64,000 bases of DNA from an uncultured Spirochaetota bacterium (GTDB lineage: Bacteria > Spirochaetota > Spirochaetia > SZUA-6 > Fen-1364): contig CAWAHW010000005.1 in the NCBI GenBank assembly GCA_963781885.1, positions 32,001 through 96,000 on the forward strand, given 5' to 3'. The position numbers were made by a program, and so were the translations under genes. Under the pieces are notes generated by a model. That model saw only the letters and a program-made list of their open reading frames with translations, had not been told where the DNA came from and made no database searches. This document shows positions 52,859 through 63,962 of this stretch, in pieces; within the stretch, counting starts at the first letter, position 1; each line of letters starts with the position of its first letter.

Positions 52859-53875
52859 ATGACCCACAGGGAGCGCCTGATAGAACTGCTGCGTTTGCGT
52901 CTGCTCGTGCCGCTCCGGGGCATCCGTCGCCACGTGATGTCCGCGCTGGCGCTGGTGTTCGTCGCGGCCGTCGTCGTGCTCGCGCTTGACGCGCGTCTTC
53001 CTTTTCCCCGGCCCGGTGAACGGATCCTCTACGACCCCACGGACTGGTCTCTCCTCCTGCCCGGTCACGGTCGGGCCGCGGTGGAACCGCGGCGGTCTCC
53101 CTACGGGGAAGGCGACATCGGCGGCGGCTCCACGACGCAGGCACCGCTTGCCATCCTGCTCTACCGGGCAAAACCGGGCGACACGATCAGCAGCGTCGCG
53201 ACGAAGGTCGGCCTCTCGATGGACACCGTTTCCTCCATGAACCGCGTGCAGGGTCGGGGTGTGCACAACGTGCGCGTGGGCGAGCTCCTGAAGATACCCA
53301 CCGAGGACGGCATCTTTCTTGCCCTCACGGGCGATTTCGACGCCCTGTGCACCGCGCGGAAGGTGGCGCCGGAGGACGTGCTCGCGGCGAACAACGTCAC
53401 CCGTGACGAGCTCACGCAGGGCATGCTTCTTTTCTTTCCCGGCGTCCAGCATACCGGCTTCGAGCTCGCGCTTGCCAACGGCGTCGGGGTCGCGCTCCCG
53501 ATACACGGCTACGAATCCTCGCCGTTCGGCCGTCGACCGGATCCTTTTACGGGACAGCCCAGCCGGCATTCGGGTGTCGACATCGCCGCGCCGGAGGGCT
53601 CGCAGATCAGGTCGGGCACGGACGGCAGGGTCATCGCGGCCCAGTACGATGCCACGCTGGGCAACTACGTGCAGGTCCAGGGTCAGGTGGGCTTCAGCTA
53701 CATCTACGGGCATATGAGCCAGATCCTTACGCACGTCGGCGCCATCGTCTCCACCGGCCAGGTGATAGGCTTGATCGGCCATACCGGTTATGCGACGGGC
53801 CCCCACCTCCACTTCGAGATCCGTAAAAACGGCGTTCCGATCAACCCGAATAATTATCTGCCCGGCATCCGATAA
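52859..53875 (+). CDS. LysM + M23 peptidoglycan DD-endopeptidase
   Basis: TM, LysM (PGDTISSVA), HSGVD...TGPHLHFE. Confidence 0.9.
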   Translation: MTHRERLIELLRLRLLVPLRGIRRHVMSALALVFVAAVVVLALDARLPFPRPGERILYDPTDWSLLLPGHGRAAVEPRRSPYGEGDIGGGSTTQAPLAILLYRAKPGDTISSVATKVGLSMDTVSSMNRVQGRGVHNVRVGELLKIPTEDGIFLALTGDFDALCTARKVAPEDVLAANNVTRDELTQGMLLFFPGVQHTGFELALANGVGVALPIHGYESSPFGRRPDPFTGQPSRHSGVDIAAPEGSQIRSGTDGRVIAAQYDATLGNYVQVQGQVGFSYIYGHMSQILTHVGAIVSTGQVIGLIGHTGYATGPHLHFEIRKNGVPINPNNYLPGIR

Positions 53876-53894
53876 TTCCAGCGGGGGGACCTCA

Positions 53895-54977
53895 ATGAGA
53901 CGGCTCGTTATCACCATCCTCGCTCTGCTTGCGCTTTTCTCCGTCCTCCGGGCATACACGGAAAGCCCTCCGGGCGTGCAGCTCCATCCGGGGGTGATCG
54001 AGATCGGCGACGGCTCGTCGAGCGTCGGCGTCGAGTTCGGCGTCATGGAAAAGTCCGGGCAGGGCCTCTGGAACCTGTTGCCCCTCCGTGTCGTCTACCG
54101 GGACGGCGCAAACAGCGTCACCCTCGGTTTGAACGGCCTGTCGTTCCTCCTGCGCGGCGGCGCGAGCGTCGGTCGGACGGTCGCGGTGAACTCCCCGGTG
54201 AGCTCCGACGTGATCAGCATCGGCGGGAAGGTGACCGTCAACGCGCGGGTCGACGGTGACGTCTGGACGCTCGGTGCCGACGTCGAGCTGGGTCCGAAGG
54301 CCGAGGTGACGGGGAATATCGTCGCGCTGGGCGGCAAGGTCAGGGCAGCGGCAGGGGCCGTCGTCCATGGCACCGTGAACCAGGTGCCCGAGCTGAAGAT
54401 CCCCTTTCTCGGATTTCTCGGCACCCAGTTCTCCGTCCAGGTCCTGAGCCTCGGTCGGCAGCTCCTGGGTTATCTCCTGCTGGGCTTCGCGCTGCTCCTG
54501 GTGAGCTTCTACCGCACACGCCGCGCCCAGGGCCTGTACGCATCGTTTGGGGCCACCTGGCGGGAGTCCGTGGTGACCATGGCGGTCGCCCTCGTCGTCG
54601 TGCCGATCGTCGCCGTGCTTCTGGTCATGTCGGTCGTCGGCATCTTCTTCCTGCCCGTCCTGGTGTTTGCGCTCGTCCTTTTCGGCCTGGAGGGCTTCCT
54701 GCTCCTCTGCGCGCGTCTGGGCGGCACGCTGCGCAGGATGCCGACCGACGGGGCGGGGGGCGAACCACTCACGCTTCTCACGTCCGGGCTGCTCGGTCTT
54801 TTCATCGTGAAGGTGCCTGCGTTCCTGGGGATATTCCTCACGCTCGTGAATGCGGGCGCCGCGAATGTGCTCGGCCAGATCCTTCAGCTCATCACTCTCG
54901 CGGCGGTCGCCGCGGGCATGCTCTATGGATTCGGCGCCTCGATGGCATTTGCCCGGGGGAAAAAGGCGGCTGCGTAG
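53895..54977 (+). CDS. membrane protein with bactofilin-like (polymer-forming) beta-helical domain
   Basis: signal peptide; repeats DVISIGGKVTVNARVDGDVWTLGADVEL...VTGNIVALGGKV; several C-terminal TMs. Confidence 0.65.
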   Translation: MRRLVITILALLALFSVLRAYTESPPGVQLHPGVIEIGDGSSSVGVEFGVMEKSGQGLWNLLPLRVVYRDGANSVTLGLNGLSFLLRGGASVGRTVAVNSPVSSDVISIGGKVTVNARVDGDVWTLGADVELGPKAEVTGNIVALGGKVRAAAGAVVHGTVNQVPELKIPFLGFLGTQFSVQVLSLGRQLLGYLLLGFALLLVSFYRTRRAQGLYASFGATWRESVVTMAVALVVVPIVAVLLVMSVVGIFFLPVLVFALVLFGLEGFLLLCARLGGTLRRMPTDGAGGEPLTLLTSGLLGLFIVKVPAFLGIFLTLVNAGAANVLGQILQLITLAAVAAGMLYGFGASMAFARGKKAAA

Positions 54978-55022
54978 CACGGACGCAGCCCTGGGGCCCA
55001 TTCGCACGGAGTACAAAGATTT

Positions 55023-55176
55023 CCCCAAGGCAACCCGGCATGGCACGTTAGCTCAATCTGCGTTGCCTTGGGGCCCCAACGCACCGTGTACGGTGGAGAG
55101 CCTACCCCAAGGCAACCCGGCAATGCACGTTGGCTGAATCTGCGTTGCCTTGGGGCCCTACGCACCGTGTACGGTG
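55023..55176. repeat. two tandem structured units (82-bp period) between convergent genes
   Basis: CCCCAAGGCAAC-loop-GTTGCCTTGGGG followed by CACCGTGTACGGTG; units start at 55023 and 55105. Confidence 0.9.
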
Positions 55177-55179
55177 CTG

Positions 55180-57960
55180 CTATTGCCCGTGGCAATACTT
55201 GTATTTCTTACCCGATCCGCACGGGCAAAGATCGTTCCGCCCCACCTTGGGGACCGTCCGCTTCACCTGCACCTGCTGCGGCTGAGAGCCGCCGCCGTTC
55301 CCGCCGAATGCCGCCGGTGAGGCCTTGGCGCTCACGGCGGTCGTCCCCGAGCTTCCCCCCGCGGTGAACTGCCCCATCGCGCTGTGCGACGCCTGGAGGC
55401 CCGCGGCAGGCCGCGCGCCGGCGGCCGCCTTCTCAGGTGCCTGCTGAATGCGGACACGGAAGATCTTTCGCGCGATCACGGTCTTTATCTCGTAGAGCAT
55501 GTCGTCGAATATCTGGAAACCTTCCAGCTTGTATTCCAGAAGGGGGTTCTTCTGGCTGTAGGCGCGCAGGTACACGGCCTCCCGCAGCGCTTCGAGGTTC
55601 TCCAGGTGATCCTGCCACCGCGAATCGATGTTGCGCAGGTACTCGAACTGGATGAACCTGTTCAACACGTCCTCGCCGATTTCCGCCGCCTTCTCGTCGA
55701 TGCTCTGCCGGAGCTGCTGGAGGATGACGCGGTTGAGGTCCTCCAGGGACATGGCGGATAGCTCCGCCGCGCTCTGCGGAGGCTCGTAGAAGAGCGTCTC
55801 ATTCATCTCCGCCAGGAGCGCGGCGACGCGCGTTTTCGGATTCTCACCCGAGCCGCGATACCGGGCGAACATTTCCCCGAAGAGCTCTTCGCCCGTCGCG
55901 ATGACCCTGTCCTTGAGGTGGGGGTCCGAGATGATCTCGTCGCGCCGGGCGTAGATGAACTTGCGCTGCTCGTTGAGCACGTCGTCGTATTCCAGAAGGT
56001 GCTTGCGCACCTCGAAGTTGCGCTCCTCCACCTTTTTTTGCGCGCGCTCGATGGAGCGGTTCAGCCAGGGATGCACGATGGGCTCGCCCTTCTTCATGCC
56101 CATGCGCGTCATCAGTCCCTTGATGTTCTCCCCGCCGAACAGCCGCATGAGGTCGTCGTCCAGGGAAATGTAGAAACGGGACGACCCGGGGTCGCCCTGC
56201 CGGCCCGAGCGCCCGCGGAGCTGGTTGTCGATGCGGCGCGCCTCGTGGCGCTCCGTGCCCAGGACGTGGAGCCCGCCGATGGATTTCACGTCGACGTAGT
56301 CGGCCTGCCATTTGCCGTACTCTTCGGAAAGGGCCTTCCTGTACTCTTCGTCAGAGGCCTGCGTGCCGGCCTTCTTGCGCGCGCGGAACTCCGGGTTTCC
56401 GCCCAGCTTGATGTCGGTTCCGCGGCCCGCCATGTTCGTGGCGATGGTGACCGATCCGCGCGCGCCCGCGTCGGCGATGATCATTGCTTCGCGCGCGTGA
56501 TTCTTCGCGTTGAGGACCTCGTGCCGGATGCCTCGTCCGACCAGGAGACGGGAAAGCTTCTCCGACTTCTCTATGGAGATCGTGCCGACCAGCACCGGCT
56601 GCCCCTTGGTGTGCAGGTCCGCGATTGCCGCGCAAATGGCGTCCAGCTTCTCCTCTTCCGTGAGATAGATCTCGTCATCCGTGTCGTCGCGGACCACCGG
56701 CCGGTTGGTGGGGATGACCACCACGTCGAGGTTGTAGATCTTGCCGAACTCCTGGGCTTCCGTGTCGGCGGTTCCCGTCATGCCGGCGAGCTTGCCGTAC
56801 ATGCGGAAATAGTTCTGGAACGTGATCGTGGCCAGGGTGCGGTTCCTCTGCGCGATCTTGATGCGCTCTTTCGCCTCGATGGCCTGGTGGAGACCTTCGG
56901 AGTAGCGCCTGCCGTAGAGGATGCGTCCCGTGAACTCATCCACGATCTGCACCTTGCCGTCCTGCACGACGTAGTCGACGTCCTTCGCGTAGAGCTTGTG
57001 GGCGCGGAGGGCCTGGGTGAAGTAATGGATGAACTCGAAGTTCTCATCCACGAACAGGGAGTCCTTGATGAGGCCGCGGCGCTGGAGGAGCGCCTCGATA
57101 TGGTTCATGCCCTGGTCGGTGAAGGTGACGCGCTTGTTCTTCTCCTCCAGCTTGAAGTCTCCCGGCGGCTGGACGTCGCCCTCGGGGTAGCGTTCCGTCG
57201 CCGGGTCTTTCTCGCATTCCACCAGCTGGTCGACGAGCTTGTTCACCTCCGCGAACTTGAAGGTGTCGTCCTCCGCCATGCCGGAGATGATGAGGGGCGT
57301 GCGCGCTTCGTCGATGAGGATGTTGTCGATCTCATCCACGATGGCGTACGCGTGGCCGCGCTGCACCTTCTCCGAAGGGCTCCAGCACATGTTGTCGCGC
57401 AGGTAGTCGAATCCGAACTCGTTGTTGGTCCCGTAGGTGATGTCGCGGCTGTAGGATTCCTTGCGCTGGGCGTTGTCCATCTGGCTGAGGATGACCCCGA
57501 CGCTCACCCCCAGAAGGCCGAATATGGGACCCATCCAGCCGGCGTCGCGCTCGGCGAGGTAGTCGTTCACCGTGATGACGTGCACGCCCTTGCCCGTGAG
57601 GCTGTTCAGGTACGCCGCCGGCACGCTCGCAAGGGTCTTGCCTTCGCCGGTCTTCATCTCGGTGATGCGTCCCTTGTGGAGAACCACGGCGCCCATGAGC
57701 TGCACGTCGAAGATGCGCTCGCCGAGCTTGCGACGCGCGGCCTCGCGGACCGCGGCATACGCCTCGGGCAGAAGGGAATCGAGGGATTCGCCCTTCGCGA
57801 TGCGCTCCTTGAACTGCTCCGTCGCAGCCCGGAACTGCTCATCCGTCCAGCCCATCACCTCGGGTTCGAGGGCGTTGATCTTCTGCACGACGGGAACCAG
57901 TTCCTTCAGGTCCCGCTCGTGCTTGGAGCCCAGGAAGAAGGTGAGGATGTTCTCGAGCAT
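55180..57960 (-). CDS. secA: preprotein translocase ATPase SecA
   Basis: [67 protein letters not shown]; start ATG 57960. Confidence 0.98.
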   Translation of the reverse strand: MLENILTFFLGSKHERDLKELVPVVQKINALEPEVMGWTDEQFRAATEQFKERIAKGESLDSLLPEAYAAVREAARRKLGERIFDVQLMGAVVLHKGRITEMKTGEGKTLASVPAAYLNSLTGKGVHVITVNDYLAERDAGWMGPIFGLLGVSVGVILSQMDNAQRKESYSRDITYGTNNEFGFDYLRDNMCWSPSEKVQRGHAYAIVDEIDNILIDEARTPLIISGMAEDDTFKFAEVNKLVDQLVECEKDPATERYPEGDVQPPGDFKLEEKNKRVTFTDQGMNHIEALLQRRGLIKDSLFVDENFEFIHYFTQALRAHKLYAKDVDYVVQDGKVQIVDEFTGRILYGRRYSEGLHQAIEAKERIKIAQRNRTLATITFQNYFRMYGKLAGMTGTADTEAQEFGKIYNLDVVVIPTNRPVVRDDTDDEIYLTEEEKLDAICAAIADLHTKGQPVLVGTISIEKSEKLSRLLVGRGIRHEVLNAKNHAREAMIIADAGARGSVTIATNMAGRGTDIKLGGNPEFRARKKAGTQASDEEYRKALSEEYGKWQADYVDVKSIGGLHVLGTERHEARRIDNQLRGRSGRQGDPGSSRFYISLDDDLMRLFGGENIKGLMTRMGMKKGEPIVHPWLNRSIERAQKKVEERNFEVRKHLLEYDDVLNEQRKFIYARRDEIISDPHLKDRVIATGEELFGEMFARYRGSGENPKTRVAALLAEMNETLFYEPPQSAAELSAMSLEDLNRVILQQLRQSIDEKAAEIGEDVLNRFIQFEYLRNIDSRWQDHLENLEALREAVYLRAYSQKNPLLEYKLEGFQIFDDMLYEIKTVIARKIFRVRIQQAPEKAAAGARPAAGLQASHSAMGQFTAGGSSGTTAVSAKASPAAFGGNGGGSQPQQVQVKRTVPKVGRNDLCPCGSGKKYKYCHGQ

Positions 57961-57966
57961 GCCGCC

Positions 57967-58013
57967 ATTGTACCTCCCCAGAGATTGACAGGTCAAGGGA
58001 AGGCCGCTACGAT
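57967..58013. promoter_or_regulatory. overlapping divergent sigma70 promoters (secA / lipoprotein-nnr)
   Basis: minus strand TTGACC-18-TACAAT; plus strand TTGACA-17-TACGAT; the -35 boxes abut as TTGACAGGTCAA. Confidence 0.7.
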
Positions 58014-58022
58014 GAGGCGCCG

Positions 58023-59262
58023 ATGACGCACCATTCCCGCAGAATGCCCGGCTCTCCTCCTTGCCGCGGCATGCCTTTCGGCCCTCGCGCTCGCCGCGTG
58101 CCAGAGAAAAGGCATCGAGGAGCTGGTGAGCACGGAGCTGTATTCCCTCTCCCTGGGCAAGCTCGAGGACCAGATCGACCTTTTCCAGTTCGAGGACGCC
58201 ATGAGCACGCGCATGAACAGCATCTTCATGCGCGACGGCTGGTTCTACGTCGCCAACGGCAGCTCGGGCAAAATCATGGTCTTCTCCTCCTATGGCGACC
58301 TGATCTACCTGCTCTACAACCCGCAGACCAATCCCGCGCCGACCCTCCTGGGTCCCGTGGACCAGAACACCCCGGATACCGTCACGACGCGCGGCGCGGT
58401 CGCCTATCCCTTCACCGACATCGGGCGCATCGCGGTGGCGAGCGACAGAACGCTCTACGTGGAGGACGCGGCGGCCGATGCGATGACCGTGAAGGACAAC
58501 GATCAGGGAATCGTGCGCAGCAGGGTCATCCTCCGGTTCGACCGCAAGGGCAAGGTGCTTCCCGCCCTCGGGGAGGAGGGAATCGGCGGCGCGCCGTTCC
58601 CCTACATCTCGGCGCTGCACGTGACGGCGTCGGACCAGCTCGTCGTCGTCTGTCGGCTTCCCACCCGATGGCAGGTCTTCTGGTACTCGCGCGACGGCGC
58701 GCCGCTGTATCGCGTGGACATCGGGAGCGGGAACCTGCCGGTGAAGCCGAAGGCCGGGCAGACGCCGGTCCTCATCGACATCGTCCCGGACCTGCAGAGC
58801 CCGCTGCTCTACCTCATCATCGATTCGTACGCGGACGTCGCGGATCCTGCCACCGGGGCATCCGGCCCCGCGGATGCCGTCGTCGCGGCCGCCTACAAGC
58901 TCGACCTGCGCACGCAGGCGTACGGTCCGAAGCCCATCGTGTTCCCGCAGAATCCCGAGCATCGCACCCGGGACGGGCTGAAGACCATCCGGATTCCGGC
59001 GCCCCCCAGCGATTTCCTCGGTGTGAGCGCAAGCGGCTCCTTCTATCTCCTTGCCGCGACCGACAACAACCTCTACACGCTGCAGATACTGGACAGGAAC
59101 GGAAGGCTCGTCGTCCAGCGGAGGGTTGTGATCGAGGACTCGGAGCTCGTCTTCCGGGACCTCCACCTCGACTCGACGGGCATCCTCTATGGGCTCATGG
59201 CGGACCGCACGCGCGCCCGCATCGCCCTGTGGAGATCGGACCTCATGTTGAAGGGGCAGTGA
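58023..59262 (+). CDS. spirochaete lipoprotein, LIC_12708-like (apparent 1-nt insertion ~58050 in the signal peptide)
   Basis: lipobox LALAAC upstream of the listed 58126 ORF; [20 protein letters not shown]...[11 protein letters not shown]. Confidence 0.7.
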
Positions 59263-60771
59263 GTGAAAGTCGTGAGCTCGGATGCAATGGCGCGCATCGA
59301 CAGCCGTTCGCAGGACGAGTTCGCGATCCCCTCGGGCATCCTTATGGAGGATGCGGGGCTTTCCGCGTGGCAGCTCGTTCGCCGACGTCTCTGGCGGGGC
59401 AGGAAGCCCCGCGGGCGTCTGCTCTTCATCGCCGGCAAAGGCAACAACGGGGGCGATGCATTCGTCATGGCGCGCCGCGCAGCCGTGGAAGGTGCAGGGC
59501 CCCTCTCCATCGTGCTCGGCGCAGGCCGTCCGTCCCCGGACTCCGATCCGGGACGCATGCTTGCCGCGTGCGACGGACTGGGCATCGAGCGCCTTGAATG
59601 GCCGGCGGAGCGCGGCCGGATCGAGAGCAGGCTCGCGGAGACCGGCTGGATATTCGACGGCCTGACCGGCACGGGCCTTCGGGGTCCGCTCTCCCCTCCG
59701 CTCGCCAACCTTGTCGCTTTGGTCAACGCTGCTCCCGGGCGTACGATCGCCATCGATGTCCCCAGCGGGATCGGTGAAGGCTTCCGCGAGGGTTTTCCCG
59801 CGGTCCACGCCTCGGCCACGCTCACCATGGGCCTGCCGAAGCTCTGCCTCTATCTTCCGCGGGCGCGCGCCTTCTGCGGCCGGATCCACGTCGTGCATCT
59901 TGGATTTCCCCCTTCGCTCCTCGATGACGCCGGCATCGCGGGGGAAATGCTTTCGCCCCGCGACTACCTTTCCCGTGCGCCCCGGATCCCATCGGATACG
60001 CACAAGGGCCTGCGCGGCCATCTGGCGGTGTTCTCGGGGTCGCGCGGCACCACCGGCGCCGCATGGCTCTGCGCAACGGCCGCCGCGCGCGCGCGCGTGG
60101 GCCTCGTGACGCTTTTCACCGACACCGACGCGTATCCCGTCATTGCGCCGAAGCTCACGTCCGTCATGTGCCGGCCATGGGACCCGCCGTCAACCGACAG
60201 GCTTCCCGCTTGGGACGCGCATCGTTTCAGCGCGGTGCTCGCGGGCCCCGGCTGGGGTCTTGACGAAGGCAAGGCGCGCTGGCTCGATCACCTCCTTTCG
60301 CTGCCCGTGAAGGGTGTGCTGGACGCAGACGCCCTCACGCTGCTGGGCAACCGGACGTCCCGAACCGACCTGGGCGGCCGTTGGGTGCTCACGCCCCATC
60401 CCGGGGAGTTTGCGCGACTCTCGGGCGCGTCGCGGGACGCCGTGCTGGACGACCCGGTGGAGCATGCGCGCAGCGAAAGCCGCAGGCTGAATGCGGTGAT
60501 CGTGCTGAAGGGGCATGCCACGGTCATTGCGGAGCCTCAGGGCCGTTTCTGGATACTCGACGGGGCAAACCCGGCGCTCGCGACAGGGGGCTCGGGAGAC
60601 GTGCTGGCGGGCATCATTGCGGCGGGCGTCGCCGGCGGCATGTCGCCGCTCGACGCGGCCCTTTTCGGCGTGTCGCTGCACGCGCACATCGGCCGAATGG
60701 CCGCCCGGGCACAGGGTTGGTTCCTTGCGGAGGACCTGGTGCCCCTGATATCGCGCGCGTTGTGGCAATGA
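59263..60771 (+). CDS. nnr: bifunctional NAD(P)H-hydrate epimerase/dehydratase
   Basis: [45 protein letters not shown]. Confidence 0.93.
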   Translation: MKVVSSDAMARIDSRSQDEFAIPSGILMEDAGLSAWQLVRRRLWRGRKPRGRLLFIAGKGNNGGDAFVMARRAAVEGAGPLSIVLGAGRPSPDSDPGRMLAACDGLGIERLEWPAERGRIESRLAETGWIFDGLTGTGLRGPLSPPLANLVALVNAAPGRTIAIDVPSGIGEGFREGFPAVHASATLTMGLPKLCLYLPRARAFCGRIHVVHLGFPPSLLDDAGIAGEMLSPRDYLSRAPRIPSDTHKGLRGHLAVFSGSRGTTGAAWLCATAAARARVGLVTLFTDTDAYPVIAPKLTSVMCRPWDPPSTDRLPAWDAHRFSAVLAGPGWGLDEGKARWLDHLLSLPVKGVLDADALTLLGNRTSRTDLGGRWVLTPHPGEFARLSGASRDAVLDDPVEHARSESRRLNAVIVLKGHATVIAEPQGRFWILDGANPALATGGSGDVLAGIIAAGVAGGMSPLDAALFGVSLHAHIGRMAARAQGWFLAEDLVPLISRALWQ

Positions 60772-61292
60772 AGCATCCCGTCCTGCGCGTGAAAAAGAAC
60801 TCTTTCATCTATGACGACGCGGCGGTGAAGCAGGGGCCGCAGGCCTACCCGGCGTCCACCCGCATCCCCGTGCGGGAACCTCGCAGGACCCGGCCGCGCA
60901 AGCGCCGCCGGGGCCTGACATTCCTGCCGCTCCTGGTCCTGGCCCTCGGGCTGGTCGTGGTGTTTCGTTTCGTTCCCCGATCCCCGGCGGACCGCACGAC
61001 TCTTGTCGGCTGGCAGGTGGTGTTGCGGGCAACCGCCGCGGACGGCAGCCTCATCGTCGGCGTCACGTTCATCGCGGAGCAGGGGACGCTCGTGTCGCCC
61101 CTTGCCACGTCGGAAGCGTCGGTGCAGGTCACGCTGCCCGACACGGGCGACCACCTGACGCTGAGCGGCCTCCTGGAAAAGTCCCCCATGACGCTGCGCG
61201 GGGAGCTGCCCTATGCGCCGCGCATGAAGCAGGTGGAGGCGACGGTGAAGCTTCTGGATTCGTACGCGAGGCTCCGCGCCGTCGTGCGCTGA
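60768..61292 (+). CDS. hypothetical single-TM protein
   Basis: ATG 60768 overlaps the nnr stop; basic stretch, then TM, then beta-rich domain. Confidence 0.6.
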   Translation: MKHPVLRVKKNSFIYDDAAVKQGPQAYPASTRIPVREPRRTRPRKRRRGLTFLPLLVLALGLVVVFRFVPRSPADRTTLVGWQVVLRATAADGSLIVGVTFIAEQGTLVSPLATSEASVQVTLPDTGDHLTLSGLLEKSPMTLRGELPYAPRMKQVEATVKLLDSYARLRAVVR

Positions 61293-61309
61293 GCTTCGCG
61301 CGCGAATGC

Positions 61310-61338
61310 TTGACGTCGCCCGCGCCCTCTCCTATGAT
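61310..61338 (+). promoter_or_regulatory. sigma70-type promoter
   Basis: TTGACG, 17 bp spacer, TATGAT, then GGAGG and ATG 61358. Confidence 0.7.
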
Positions 61339-61357
61339 CGAATCGGGGGGGAGGGGG

Positions 61358-61771
61358 ATGTTTCAGTTTTACTTCCTGTCCGTCCTTGCAAATCTCGTCG
61401 GCGGTTTGTCCCTCTGTTCCGAATGGCTCGCGCGCAGGCCGGGTCTTGCGAATCTGTCCGCCGTGCTCACCTCCCGGTACGGGAAAATGACCACGGGGCT
61501 GGCTGCCCTGATTGCGGGCTTTGCAAAGCTTTTCGTGCCCGTCGGCACGCCGATCATCCTGGGCGATCTCTTTCCCGCACTGGTGGGCATGGTCATCGGG
61601 ATCGCGCTACTCTTCGAGGTCTTCAAGCAGGAAGCACTTTTCCCGGCGGAAGGCGGCGATCGGCCTGACGCGCGTGCACGGGGAGCGCTGGGCTACCGGA
61701 CCGCCCTCGGCATCCTGGGCCTCGTCGCTGCCATTCTGCATTTTTTTCTTCCCGAACACCCCTTCATATGA
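61358..61771 (+). CDS. conserved hypothetical membrane protein (about 4 TM)
   Basis: MFQFYFLSVLAN, ILGDLFPAL, LHFFLP; own promoter and RBS. Confidence 0.75.
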   Translation: MFQFYFLSVLANLVGGLSLCSEWLARRPGLANLSAVLTSRYGKMTTGLAALIAGFAKLFVPVGTPIILGDLFPALVGMVIGIALLFEVFKQEALFPAEGGDRPDARARGALGYRTALGILGLVAAILHFFLPEHPFI

Positions 61772-61795
61772 AAAGGGCTGTCCATCGGACAGCCC
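61771..61795 (-). terminator. intrinsic terminator after the EF-G gene
   Basis: GGGCTGTCC-ATC-GGACAGCCC with T4 on the minus strand; between convergent genes. Confidence 0.7.
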
Positions 61796-61818
61796 CTGTT
61801 GTTGCACCGTCGGGGAAG

Positions 61819-63898
61819 CTATTCCTTTTCTTCCGCCTTGGCCGCCTGCGCCGCCTTGATGACGTCGTCGGATATCCTGCCCGAGATCGGGCTGTAGTGG
61901 TCGAACTCCAGCTCGAATGAACCGGTGCTCGCCGTCAGCGCCTTCAGGTCGATCGCGTAGCGCATGAGCTCCGCCTGGGGCACCTGCGCCTTGATCTCGA
62001 GGATGCCGCCGCCGATGGGGTTCTGGCCGAGGACCTTGCCCCGCTTGCCGCTCAGGTCGGAGAGCACGGCGCCGTAGATACTGCTCGTCCACGAACACGG
62101 TGAGGTTGCAGATGGGCTCCAGCAGCACCGGCTTCGCGTTGCGCATGCACTCACGGAAGGCTTCCCGGGCCGCCAGCTTGAAGGCGAGCTCCGAGGAATC
62201 CACGGGATGCTCCTTGCCGTCCACGATCCTCGCCTCGACGTCGACGACGGGATAACCGGCGAGGATTCCTGCCTCCATCGCCTCTATCACGCCCTTCTCA
62301 ACGCCGGGGATGTATCCGCGGGAGACCGCCCCGCCGAATATTGCGTTCGTGAACTTGTATTTCTCCCCCCGCGGGATGGGATTCACTTCGAGGGAGACCT
62401 TGGCGTACTGGCCGTGCCCTCCCGTCTGCTTCTTGTGCGTGTATTCCGCGTCGGCTTTTCCCTGTATCGTCTCGCGATACGCGACGCGCGGGATCTTCGT
62501 CTCCATTTCGATTTTCTGGTGCTCCCGGATCTTGTCGAGGATCATCGAGATGTGCAGCTCTCCCATGCCGGAGATGACCGTCTCCTTTGTCTCCTTGTCG
62601 TAGGAGAGAAGGAAGGTGAGGTCTTCTTCCGTGATGCGCTGCAGCATCTGGTTCATCTTGTCCTCGTCCTTCTTTGCCTTTGCCGTGATGGCCAGCGCAT
62701 GGACGGGGGTTGGAAGCTCGAGCTTCGGGTAGACGATGGCGGCATCGGGTGCATGCAGCGTATCGTTCGTGCGCAGCATGGGGCTTTTCGTGAACAGCCC
62801 CAGGTCACCGGCGACCAGCTCCGGGGCATCCTCCAGTTTCTTGCCTTCGCACGTGTAGACCTTGGTGATTTTTTCCTTCCTGCCTTCGCGCGCGTTCACG
62901 AGGTCCGTATCCGCCTCGATTTTTCCCGCCATGACCTTGAAGTAGGAGAGCTTGCCGGTGAATTGGTCCCCGGCGGTCTTCCAGATGAAGCAGGAGGGCT
63001 GCTCGCTCTCGGAGATCGGGCGCGTCACGACGGCGTCCTCTTTTGGCGCATCCCACTTCGCGGCGCCCTTTGCGATTCCCTCCGGCGACGGCGCGGCATA
63101 GACGATGAAATCGAGAAGGGAGGCGACACCGGCGGCGGTGAGCCCCGCGCCGCAGAGCACCGGGAAGAGCTTCCCGCTCTTCATGCCGCCGGCCAGGCCC
63201 TTGCGGATCTCGTCAGGCGCGAGATTTCCTTCGGCGAAGAACTTCTCGATGAGCGTGTCATCACCTTCCGCCGCGCTCTCCACGAGCTTCTGCCGCGCTT
63301 CCTCGACAGCGGCCTTTTCCGCATCCGGTATCGGCGCTTCCTTGCCCGCGATCCACGCCTTCTGGTCGATGAGATCCACAACCCCGGTGAAGGCGGCGCC
63401 CGCGCCGATGGGGATCACCACGGGAACGAAGCTCGCCTTGAACTTTTCCGCGAGGTCGGCGACACTGCGGGCGAAATCCGCGCGCTCCTTCTCCATCTTG
63501 TTCACGAAGATGAAGCGGGGCTTTTCGCTCTTGGCCAGACGGCGCCAGAGCTTGATTGTCTCGATCTGCACGCCGACGTCCGCGCCGACCACGAGCGCTG
63601 CGCAATCCGCGACCGCGAATGCTGCCACGACCTCACCCACGAAGTCGGCGGACCCCGGGGTGTCGAGGATGTTGATCTTGTGGTCCTTCCAGGTGATGTG
63701 GCTCAACGATGCGTGGATGGAAATCTTGCGGGAGACCTCTTCCTCCGCGAAGTCGCTGACGGTCTTGCCAGATTCAACCCTCTCCGCCTTGGGGATCACC
63801 CCGCCGACGGCGAGCATCTCTTCCACGAGCGTGGTCTTGCCCGTGCCGCCGTGACCGACAAAAGCGACATTGCGCAGTGAGCGGGTCGGAACACTCAT
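61819..63898 (-). CDS. fusA: elongation factor G paralogue (EF-G II-like; apparent 1-nt insertion ~62075)
   Basis: GHGGTGKTT, DTPG, NKME, GMGELH, KQTGGHGQY, VDSSELAF; domain V continues in the 62154-61819 frame. Confidence 0.88.
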
Positions 63899-63933
63899 TC
63901 TCTGTCTCCTTGATGTCAGTGAGTAAGGGACTT

Positions 63934-63962
63934 ACTGTAGTGCCTCACCCCGTTTTTGTCAA
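63934..63962 (-). promoter_or_regulatory. sigma70-type promoter of the EF-G gene
   Basis: minus strand TTGACA, 17 bp spacer, TACAGT; AGGAG RBS before the ATG. Confidence 0.7.

Noticed and set aside
55306-55324. Isolated GAATGCCG matches in secA, xerC (~13766), dprA (~11208) and GAATCCGCG at ~51725 as further repeat copies
   Set aside because: Matches are short and lack a complete stem; these are expected by chance at this GC content.
55180-60021. 1613-aa giant SecA
   Set aside because: The N-terminal ~690 aa are the antisense frame of the lipoprotein and nnr genes; SecA similarity begins at ATG 57960, which has its own predicted promoter.
61607-62075. Novel C-terminal extension on EF-G
   Set aside because: Product of the ~62075 frameshift; the true domain V is in the 62154-61819 frame.
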